This document shows, in pieces, positions 1 through 10,150 of a DNA stretch of 64,000 nt; the stretch's first letter is position 1, and each line of letters opens with the position of its first letter. This stretch comes from Felis catus. Its lineage: Eukaryota. The DNA lies in contig NC_058368.1 of NCBI RefSeq assembly GCF_018350175.1, positions 237,524,001 through 237,588,000 on the forward strand, given 5' to 3'. The position numbers and the translations under genes were made by a program. A model generated the notes under the pieces. It worked only from the letters and a program-made list of their open reading frames with translations. It had not been told where the DNA came from and ran no database searches.

Positions 1-232
1 CCCACCAAGGGCGAGAAGATCATGCTGGCCATCATCACCAAGATGACCCTCACGCAGGTGTCCACCTGGTTCGCCAACGCGCGCCGGCGCCTCAAGAAGG
101 AGAACAAGATGACGTGGGCCCCGAGGAACAAAAGCGAGGACGAGGACGAGGAGGAGGGCGACGCGGCGAGGAGCAAGGGGGAGAGTCCAGACAAGGCGCA
201 GGAGGGCACCGAGACCTCGGCCGAGGACGAAG
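1..232 (+). CDS. IRX2: IRX2 homeobox-containing coding exon (5'-truncated by the window edge); C-terminal part of the TALE homeodomain plus acidic region
   Basis: Frame 1 reads [53 protein letters not shown], the Iroquois homeodomain signature. The exon ends at the donor AG|GTGAGC (GT at 233-234), phase 1. Confidence 0.97.
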
Positions 233-491
233 GTGAGCGGGGCCGCGGCTGGCGCGAGGCCGCGGGGAGCTTTCTCCCCAGGCGGGCGCAGAGCCGAGGT
301 CCGAGGAGACGCCGCGCGCCGCCACCCAGGATCGCGTGGGGCCGGTCGAGTCCTCGCGCGCTTCCCGGGGGAGGCCCTGCTGCCCCCCGCCCCGGGGGTC
401 GTGGCCGGGGTGGGGGATCACGTGGGGGGCGCGGGGAGGGGGGGTGGGGGTGCTGTCCCCGCGCAACACAGCCATGCCCGCGCCCCTGCAG

Positions 492-1220
492 GGATCAGCC
501 TGCACGTCGACTCGCTCACGGATCACTCGTGCTCGGCCGAGTCGGACGGGGAGAAGCTGTCTTGTCGGGCGGGGGACCCCCTGTGCGAGTCGGGCTCGGA
601 GTGCAAAGATAAGTATGACGATCTGGAGGACGACGAGGACGACGAGGACGACGGCGAGCGGGACCTGGCGCCGCCCAAGCCCGTGACCTCGTCGCCGCTC
701 ACCGGCGTGGAGGCGCCGCTGCTGAGCCCCCCGCCCGAGGCCGCGCCCCGCGGTGGCGGCGGCGGCGGCGGCGGCGGCGGCAAGATGCCCCTGGGCAGCC
801 GGACGTCGCCGGGCGCGCCGCAGCCCGCCAGCAAGCCCAAGCTGTGGTCTCTGGCCGAGATCGCCACGTCGGACCTCAAGCAGCCGAGCCTGGGCCCGGG
901 CTGCGCGCCGCCGGGGCTGCCCGCGGCCGCCGCGCCCGCCTCGACCGGGGCGCCTCCGGGCGGCTCCCCGTACCCCGCCTCGCCGCTGCTCGGCCGCCAC
1001 CTCTACTACACGTCGCCCTTCTACGGCAACTACACAAACTACGGGAACTTGAACGCGGCGCTGCAGGGCCAGGGGCTCCTGCGGTACAACTCGGCGGCCG
1101 CCGCCCCCGGAGAGGCGCTGCACTCGGCGCCCAAGGCGGCCAGCGACGCGGGCAAGGCGGGCGCGCACCCGCTGGAGCCCCACTACCGGCCCCCGGGCGG
1201 CGGCTACGAGCCCAAGAAAG
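492..1220 (+). CDS. IRX2: IRX2 coding exon with acidic stretch, Gly10 tract and IRO box
   Basis: Acceptor CCCCTGCAG| ends at 491. The phase-1 join gives [25 protein letters not shown] box [13 protein letters not shown] lies at 833-871, followed by [29 protein letters not shown]. The donor AAG|GTAGGC is at 1221. Confidence 0.97.
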
Positions 1221-2013
1221 GTAGGCTGCCTGTGGCGCGCGGGTCCCCGGGGAGCCAGCACCCCCCAGAAAGCCGGGCGAGGGGCCGGGGCGACCCTGGG
1301 GCGCGGCAGGGGGAGCCTTTGTTGTTGAAGGGAGGGCAGGGAGTAGGCGGAAAGCCGGGCTCCACCAGCAGTCGCAGGGAGTAGGGGGGGCGTGTACCAC
1401 GGGGTTGGGGGGGGGGGGTGGAGGGAAGGGCCGAGCGCCCCTGGCCTTGCAGGAAGGCTTGCCCCTAATTGTCTCGGTTTTACTTAGCTTACCGTTGTTA
1501 TTACTGTTAGTATTATTATCCTGATTGATTCGTTTCGGCAAAAGACCGATTGTCACCAAATGCAAATTGCAGTTTGCCTTCCCGTTGGTTGGGCTTAAGC
1601 TGCAGAGTGTTCTGGGTTCCCGGAGCCTCAACTGACTCTTCGCTCCCGCCTTTGCCTGCAAGGAAACAAACCGTCCTAGCAACTCTGAGAGCCGCCCTTT
1701 CTCCCAAATAGACAGCGAGAATCTCGGCCCCTTCCGCTGGCCTCTCCCGGGTGCCTCCGTTGCTCATAATTCAGGCTGGAGTTGTTAAGACCTGTGGAAG
1801 GAACTCAAGGGGGCAGGAAGAGAAAACGGGAAGAGGAAACATGCCCCCAGTCTGTCTCCAACAGTGGGGGGAGGGGGGAGACAGTTCCCCCAAAGTGTTT
1901 TGTGCGTTCGGGGAGCGAGTGTGCATGGGTGTGCGGGCTGGTGGGTGTGCAGCTGTCTGCGAGACAGATGGCTCTGGGGTCAGGTTCTGACTAACTGCCC
2001 CCTCCCCTGACAG

Positions 2014-2066
2014 ATGCCAGTGAGGGCTGCACCGTGGTCGGTGGGGGCGTCCAGCCCTACCTATAG
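2014..2066 (+). CDS. IRX2: IRX2 last coding exon (D-ASEGCTVVGGGVQPYL*)
   Basis: Branch point TGACTAAC at 1988-1995, a pyrimidine tract and CAG at 2011-2013. The phase-1 join gives KK-D-ASEGCTVVGGGVQPYL and TAG at 2064-2066, matching the recalled IRX2 C-terminus. Confidence 0.95.
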
Positions 2067-2230
2067 AAGCCCCAGCTCAGCAATGCAAGTAAGTGGGGAC
2101 CCTGGTGTCACCTCCCACGCCCCCCCCCCCCCAGCCTCCCTCCACCAAGTGAGCTGTAAACTTGCTTAATGTATGTTTGCTGCCTCCGGTCCTGGAGTCT
2201 GAGGACAGAGCACTGCAGCGTTCTTCGGTC

Positions 2231-2261
<31 letters not shown>

Positions 2262-3390
2262 CCTTTAAGTGGGAGCCTAGCTGGTCTCTCTAGAGTCCCC
2301 CCTTTTCCACTCCAGTTCTGCTTTGAAGAATCACTCCTTTCACTGGAATATGTATGTGGCACCAGTGCTGTTGTCTTCTCTTTGAAAAATAGATTACTAA
2401 ACTTTGGGTATCTGTATGCAGTTGGGGACCGTTTTTACTGCACTGCACACATAAGTAGACACTGGCGCTGATGAGCTGGTGGTGCAGAGCGTGGGGCATC
2501 AGAGCCTTTAGAGGTGGTGTTTGCAGAGTAAGCCCGAAGAGAAGTGAGCCGCACTGGCCGTTTATCGGGCCTGGTCCCCGTGTCCAGACGGACTAGATAG
2601 GACCCTGCAGTTCGCCTGGCTCACAGCAGCATCTCGGAAAAATACCTACTTTACAACTAGGCAAAATTACTAATCACAGATCTCCAAGATGTTGGGAGAG
2701 AGGCGGAATCATTTCAGGTCGACTCATTTTTGTAATGTGATAACGTTGATGTGGAACTGAAGGATTTGGGATGATTTGGTTTTTTCCTTGGTCCACAGGT
2801 AGGTGTCACAATTGCTTTGGAAAAAAAAAAAAAAAAGTCAGCAGGCCATTCTCTCTCCCCAAGTTCATAAATATACAGATAGAAAAAAACCATCTCTAAA
2901 TCCGGACCGCATCTTGCCCCACTGTAAACGAGGAGCCACAGACTGACAGAACAGACCTTTGTTGGACATAACGTGAATTTGTTGGCATAGTATAGCTTCC
3001 CCCGATGTACGTGTGACTTTTGAAAACAATCTTTTTTCTCAGGATATCTTGAATTGATCACTTCATTGCCACGGTATATATTCTATAGGTGTGATAGGAT
3101 TTACTGTAAAATTTATTTGTAAAAGATGTACACAGTAGAAATAAAACGTGATTGAAGAACTTGAGTACTTAAGAAGTGGAAACAAATTTGATATTTATTT
3201 TTATAATGATATAAAGCTTCTAGTAATTTATGCAAGTTGTATTGCAATGGAATCTAAACTTTTTGTAAATAAATTCTGCCTGGTTTTTATTTGAACATTG
3301 CTGGTTATACAATCTTTGTTGGTTGTTTAACAAGAATTCTCTACTAATTTATATCTTAAATTGTAAATAAAAACAGACTAGTCTACAACA
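2067..3390 (+). other. IRX2: IRX2 3' UTR region, including a probable optional intron at 2089-2798
   Basis: Follows the stop codon. Donor CAA|GTAAGT at 2089 and acceptor TTTTTTCCTTGGTCCACAG| ending at 2798. The distal part is AU-rich with three AATAAA. The 3' end is approximate. Confidence 0.75.
3140..3371 (+). terminator. Cluster of polyadenylation signals for IRX2
   Basis: AATAAA at 3140-3145, 3268-3273 and 3366-3371, with upstream TGTA motifs and downstream U/GU-rich tracts after the last two. Confidence 0.75.
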
Positions 3391-5799
3391 CTATGGTGTT
3401 TGGGGCTCATTTTTCCTAGGAGAGTGATTTGGGTAGGGAGCCCCAGTTCGTAGCAGCCCCTCCTGCCCCCCCCCCAGGTGATATGACCTCAGTCATTTTA
3501 ATGAAAATGTGTAAAATACTCTCTCCCTTCTCCCGCTCAAAAAAAAAAAAAAAAAAAAAAGGAGGGGGTGGAGGAGAAAGGCAGATGAAAAAGAAATACA
3601 CAGCAGGCCAATAATGTACAGCTTTAGAATATTTATATGCACATGTATTGCAAGAAAATTAAGATTTTTGTGCTCTGAATATGCAAATTACTTGTTAACC
3701 TACATTTTTTTTTAACTTGGCAAAATTAAATGACCTGCCGTACTTTCGCATCAGGATCCATTTTATATTTGTTTCCACGCTGGCTTATTGAACCTCCTCA
3801 GGAACGTAAGCCTGAGAATTGCGATAAAAGCCTGCATGCAGTGCAGAGTCACTCCTCCGACCATAAATTACTGATGGAAGTAATTGTTTATTTTAAAGCC
3901 CAAATTACCCAAATTGGCATAGATTATTCGGATTTATTGAATGACTCCGTAGCTCTCCTTTTCATATAACTCACATTGAACGCAAGGCGAAAATCTGGGA
4001 GGAGAGATTTATTTTCCTTTCAGTGGCTCTTACCCTTACCCTGGGGGGAAAGAAAAGTGTAAACGACCTTAGACTGCGGCCTGGGCTGCTCACTCTCTAA
4101 TTATAGGACAAGTCCAGAATTTGTAGGCAAGTAGCGTATTCCCCTTGACGGGTATCATAAAAGCAGCAAACCTGTCACCTTAATTTTCAGCAAAATTATA
4201 TGGATATCCATATAATATAATTTCAGAAAAGAAATGAACAATCATTTGTTTCCTTTCCAAAGATAAATTGAGTGAATATAACTTACGGTTATAAAACAAG
4301 AATAATAGCTTCTTAGATTGCCCTTTAATCAATCATACACTTATCTTTCAAGAGGTTCATCTATTTTATTCCATGATTAATAATGCTACAGCATGAGCCC
4401 ATTATTGGATCCCAGCGGGGGACGTCCCGGATGCTTTTAGCTGCTTTGGAATGGTCAGTTGGGGTTCATTATGGGCTGATATTGAACAATTTATAAAATC
4501 TTGTCTAAACATCTGCCAGCGACGATAGGCCGATGTGTCTGCGGATGGGAAATTGCTGGACCAGTTGATATTGACAAACGGATCTCTCTCCAGTGGCTTT
4601 TTGTGCAGTAGAAATTAGCAGCCTCTTGCTGGGGTCTTGTTAGAAAGGGTATTTGAAAGTAATCTTGGATACTTGAGGCGAAGCCGGGGGCTGTTCACTG
4701 GACACCCAGCCAGGCCAGTGGGGAGGGGCACCTGTGGTTTTCTCCCCAGAAGAGGAGCAGATCAGGGCTTTGGTTCTCTGCTCCTCCTGAGGCATTCTGT
4801 TGGTTTTGAGTAGGTAGGCATTCGGAGGTTGGACAGAAAGCGAACCCTTCGTGTAGAGAGCTGTTTTTTGTTTTTTTCTTTCTTTCCCTCCGTCCTGCCT
4901 CCCCGAGGAAGAGAGACCTGGAGTTGTTTGGGCTGAGCTCTTTCTTGGTGACAGGGGAGATTTTTCACATGGGAAACCTTGCCACTCTGTGGCAGTGCGT
5001 CTGGAAGAAAAATGTGAGGTCTGCAGACGTAAAAGGGAGCCGTGAGCTCTTTGCTTATTTGTGTTTCTGACATGAAGCCTTCATAGAATTTCCATGAAGA
5101 TAATGATGTTTCCCCTCCTGATAGCATTTTCGATTGCAATATGAAGGCATAGGACTGGCTTGCTTTTATTAATTTTCGCCGTATTTCCTAAACCAGCAGG
5201 GAACAGCGTGCACGTGGCAGCACTATCTGTTCTAGGTAATATTAGAATTTGAGCATTTTTAAGACTTCTCTGAGAAGCACGAAAGTTAATGACGTTTAAC
5301 AAATCAAACACGGGAAGACCAGGCAGGCCATGAAGAGACAGCAGTGAAAGCACTCTGTCTCTTCCGGAAGTCTCAAGTAGGCCAGTGGGAAACCCTAAGA
5401 ATTGATGTCCGTGCCTACGTTCAGAAGTTGAGGCCTGATGGAAGCTTCCCCCTCTTTGGAACAGGAGGTGGTTTGACCTGCACGCGCGGTGGGTTCTCTG
5501 CGCGCGCCCACAGGCGCCCGGCAGGACCCGGTCTCCGGACAACTGCCCCTTTCGATTGCTGGGAACCCAAAGCAGCTCCGGAGATTAGCTCAGCCTGACG
5601 AGTCTTCTTTGATGTTTCTGTGCCCAGCAAATTATCAAAGATTTCCATAACTTACTCACCCTGCCTCCCGACCTGAATTTCTTTCTGGAGAACTTGATTT
5701 TTCAATGCGGGCTAAGAACTTAAAACCTGCAGGTGTTTAGAGGGGGCTTTTGTAACGAAATGCAGAGTGATTTATGAGGTCTTCTCGGTGAAGATCTTC

Positions 5800-6620
5800 A
5801 GGGCAGATGAAGGAGGGAGGAGAGCGAGGGAGGCGGGAGGGAGGGGAGCGGGGGAGGAGGGGGAGGAGGCGGAGAGACAGACGCGGAGCCCGACCCTTCG
5901 CGGGGGAAGGAAGTCGCCGTGGGGTCCGATTCCTCTTTGGGCGGTAGAACCTGGTGAGCCAAAGCCGGCGCCGGCCGCGACGGGCGGCGGCAGCCAGCGC
6001 CGGCGGGGAGCGGGGCGCACGGGGCCGTCGGGCCGGGCGCTGCGGCCGCGGGTCCCGGCGCTCCCGGGGCTCTCGGCGCGGCCCTCCGCGGCCCGGGCTG
6101 GGCGATCGGAATCGGCGCTTTCATCCCCGGCGGGGCCCGCGGGCCGGGCGCTGCCGAGATCCCCGCGAGCGCTGGCCCGGCGGCCGCGGCCTCCCGCGCC
6201 CCGCAAATGTCAACATTTGTTCCCAATAAAAGAGTCATTGTTTCTGCAGAGCCGCGCAGCGACTGCCTTTGAAACTTGCAAAGAACTTCGTCCACCTTTG
6301 TCGGACGCGAGGCGACAGGGCGGGAGCGCGGAGGGGACGGGCCGGTGGGGGGGGGGGGGGGCGCGGCTGCCCGGACACCTGCGGGCGCGCGCGGGGGCGG
6401 CCGGGGGGCGGAGAACCGCGCGCCCTCCCGCCCGCGCGCGCTTCGGGGTCGCGGAAAATCGCCCCGAACTGGTTGCTCCGCCGGCGGGGAGTGAAAGAGG
6501 GCCGCGTGTTTGTCAACGTCGCGCAGTAAACGCGCCCCACACGGCCGCTGCTGGTGTCGGGTGAGCGACATCAGTGAGAAAAACTCACTGCGAACCAACG
6601 TATTCCGTCGGGGGCGACCC
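5800..6620. promoter_or_regulatory. Orphan CpG island downstream of IRX2
   Basis: Extremely GC/CpG-rich, many CGCG, no credible protein. Confidence 0.8.
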
Positions 6621-8149
6621 TTTCCGATCGAAAGGACACCCCGAATTATTAGAAAGTTTCCTCCAAATAACCCTATGCAGTGATTATGGGACAGATGGGT
6701 TTTTTTCTGAGTGCAAATTGGAAATGTCAAGCAAAAAAAAAACCCATTTATTTTAACCCCAAATTAAGGATATACGTAGATCTGCACAGCTTTCACAACA
6801 ATAACATTTCAAACATTTAAAAAGTGTGTTAACCCACGAGGCAATCTTGGGAACAAAACACAACAGTCTGTGATATGTGGATATTATGATTAACATCATT
6901 TGAATTTCTACAAATCGCAAAGGGGACACGTCCCTTTGATGTATTTTCAAACCTTTATGTAAGTGACAAATCCCTACAGATATTTTAAAGGCTTATTATG
7001 AGGAGGAGTAATCTATGACAATATAATTTTCCAGTTGCTGGAAATCACTTTCCGTCGGCGGGAATGGAAGCACGCGCCAGCCTTCCCCTCTGCTTTGGCG
7101 GGAGCTGCATGAGACCAGTATCTGGTGATGTGCCCGGGGCCTCGGTCTGGGCAGGCAAAGGAGAAAACGCTCGTGTTGGGGTGCAGACCCCCGTTGGCTG
7201 GGCTGCTAACCTTTCACCCGAATCTCCTGCAAACAGAGGGATGTAGACTCACCCCCACCTCCGCCCTCCACCCTCCACGCAGAGAACAGGCTTGTGTTCT
7301 CTCCACGGAGGGCAAAGCGTTCTCTCTCTTTCCGAGAAAGATAAAAATTGAAGATGTTATTAAGGACTACTCTGGCCATCTAATAGAAAGGGAGTGAGTT
7401 ATGAAATCTCTGTCCTCTGTTCCTCCGAGCTCCCAGGTAGAAGGAAAGAGGAAAAATGGTTTTGTTTGTTTGTTTAAGTCTGGCCCCAAGATCACAAGGG
7501 ATAGCCTTCTAAAATAAGGTGCCCAGTGCTACTTTGTTCTGCATGGACCTGAGCACAAATTAGGTCTAATGTTCTGAAGGAAGCAGCACACCCTGAGGTC
7601 TGGGGCTGCGTGCAAATGGGAGCAGAGTGGGTCTTTATAGGAAATGCCCAGAGGGCAGGTAGGAAGCATTGCACAGCACTGGCATTTTTGTGGGGAGATA
7701 AATTGACAATTTATTGTGTGTAACTCCTGATCAATTATTAATCCTTAGTGTCAACAACAGGGTTATAATTACCTTCGGTTATTTAAAGGAGTATTTTTTT
7801 CCCCACTCCTCTGATCCATAATTAGTTAATGCTCTTGAACAAGGATCCGCAGAAGAGCTGGGCTTCCTTTTTGGTGGCTTTGGGGGGAAACAGCCACAGT
7901 CACCTTCCCGCTCTCAGAAGCCCCCTCCCAACCTCCATTCCCTCAGTGGGCACCTCCCCCCCCCCCCAGGCTGTAAGTAATGATTCCAGATGAAAATGGG
8001 GGGGGAATAATAAACAAATAGAGCGCAGCTGGAATTAACAAGTCTGGTCTGATCAAAGTTAGTGGCAGTGGGACAGCTAGCAGCTACCAGGGTCTGAGGC
8101 CCAGAAAGGTGACCAAGCTCTCGCCTCTTCTCCAAGATCTAGAGAAAGG

Positions 8150-10150
8150 GCAGAGCGAACGTTTTAACCCCTGGCACCTTCTAAGCGGGGAGAGGGGCTG
8201 GGCGAGGACCCCTGTTCCTAGGCGGGGAGAATTCCCCCCGGAAAGGGGCCGACCTGGCTTGGGGCTTGAAGGGAGCCTCGCTCTAGCACCCGCTCCGCCC
8301 CGGGGCAGGGGTGCGGGGTGGTCCTGGGCGGCTAGAGGCTGGGCCACGGGTTAGCTGGTCAGAGGGGCACGAGCAGGTGGCCTGGGTTAGCGGCAGCGGC
8401 CGATGACCGGTGCCGGAGGAGCTCGCAGGGGACAGGCAGCGTCTGCCGGGGAAGCTGTTCCACAGCGCCCACGGAGGACCGCAGTTGTCCCCGCTGTCGC
8501 CCTCGCCGCGGCCCTGAGTGCGGGTGCTCCAGCTGGAGGTGCCAACTGCGTTTCCCCCAGGCCCCCAAGCTCCTTCCTGTGGGCACAGCCCCTCCAGGGT
8601 CGTCCGAGCACACGCGCATTGGGCTGGCACAGCTACGAGCGTTTCCTCCGGGCACTGTTTCCGTAGGAGCTCTCCAGACGCCTAAGCCGTCTTTCGGCCG
8701 ACACCCCACACCCATTTCTGCCCCGCGGTCCTCCGGTGCAGCGCCGCCACGCGTGCGCCTCATTGGTCACATCGAGGCCCCAAAAGGCAGCCCCCCCCCC
8801 CCCGCCCCCGACCTGTAGAGCCACGCAGGTCAAGGGCCCGTGGCGAGGCGGTGGCAGGCCTGGGGCCGCGCCTGCACCGGACTGCCTGGCCAGAGCCTCC
8901 TCGGGGTCTTGGCGGGGAGCCCGCGGCGGTGGGGTGCGGGGGACACCTGGAAGTGGGGCGCTGGCGGGATCGGAGGAGGGTGAGCTGGCACTCTGGGACC
9001 TCCGGTGGCCCCATGCCGCACGCGACTGTGGTCTGAGGACCCAGCGTCCAGCTGCCTGCCCTGTCCCCCCACTTTTGGCCCCATCCGTTTGGGGTCATGG
9101 GTAACTGGCCCTCGAGCCTCCTTAGGGCAGGCCGCAGCCAGGAGCCCTGGGCGGTGGACCAGCCTGAGGCAACGCACGACGGCCGCTGGTTCCGGGGAGG
9201 CCCACCGGCTCCCAGCGATGAAGGCTGGCCTCTTCCTCTCCGCCCTCCAGCCCGGCTCTGGACCCCCTTCCGTGACTGGCTCGGGTCCCCATCCCCTTCC
9301 CCACCTCCCCTCGGGAAGCGCGGCTCCGAGGTGAGGGGTGTGGCGCTCGGCGGGGGGGGGGGGGGGGGGGGGGACTGGAGACCCTGCGCTCAGAGCTGCC
9401 GCGCCTTCTGGCGTCCCCCTCTGTCTCCTTTCCCGCGCGGGAACCGCGTGTCCGGCGGCCGGAGGGCTGGAGGGCCACGCCCCGAAGCTGCTGGGAGCCA
9501 GGACCCCGCACCTGCCACGGCCTGTGTTGCGCGCCGGGTGGGCCTCCGAGTGGCGCGCGAAGGGACCCCGCGCTGCGCCCCGCACGCCCTTTCCTCCCTT
9601 CCCCAGGCAGGTGGCACCCCCAGGCTCCGCTGCAGATGAGGGCGGGTCGCGGCACTCGAGGGGGCGGCTGGCCTCGCAGCTACCACTCGCCGAAGACCAG
9701 CGGCCTGCGAAACCTCCGCTTCTGTTTTTTGGGAATTTTACAGACCCAGGAGGGTTTACGGGCCCAACAGAGCAAATGCAGCTCCCTGCACCTCCTGCCA
9801 GACTCCATCCCCGCGCTCCTCCCGAAGAACCGGCTGGTGGGCTGCCTGGAGGGGGTGAGGAGCCCTTGAGGAGGCGGCGCAGCCCGAGGCCCAACGGGGG
9901 CGCCCTGGAGCGGGCCCAGTCGCCTGGTTTCCTACGTGCTACAGCCTCGCCGAGCAGCGCGCAGAACGCGTTGCGTGTGTGTGTTGGAGGGGGGGCCTCC
10001 AATCCAGCTTCCCCCCCCCCACCCCCTTCCTTTCCGGACCTCTGGAGGCAGCTTCGACTTAGAGGCTCAGAGCTGGTCGCTCGAGGGCGTGGCTTGAAAC
10101 CTTCCAGCCTCCGGCAGGCTGGGGGACGGTCCTGAGGCCGAGGTGGGGGC
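8150..10150. promoter_or_regulatory. CpG-rich island
   Basis: Sustained GC/CpG richness and long G/C runs (G22 at 9352-9373). Boundaries are approximate. Confidence 0.65.

Larger units (their letters stand above)
1..1450. promoter_or_regulatory. CpG island covering the IRX2 gene body
   Basis: Very GC-rich with dense CpG in exons and introns (judged by eye). Confidence 0.85.

Noticed and set aside
22..1384. ORFs 22-612 and 233-1384 as standalone genes
   Set aside because: They are IRX2 exons read through into GC-rich introns. The splice sites explain them.
92..1682. Long antisense ORFs over IRX2
   Set aside because: Shadow frames of GC-rich coding sequence that give low-complexity peptides.
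2821..3560. A16 (2821-2836) and A22 (3539-3560) as transcript ends or retrocopy tails
   Set aside because: Genomic homopolymers with no retrocopy body or TSD. They could cause oligo-dT mispriming artefacts.
5767..10135. 200-390 aa ORFs in the CpG islands
   Set aside because: Rich in R/G/P/A with no recognisable domain. Stops are rare at this GC content.
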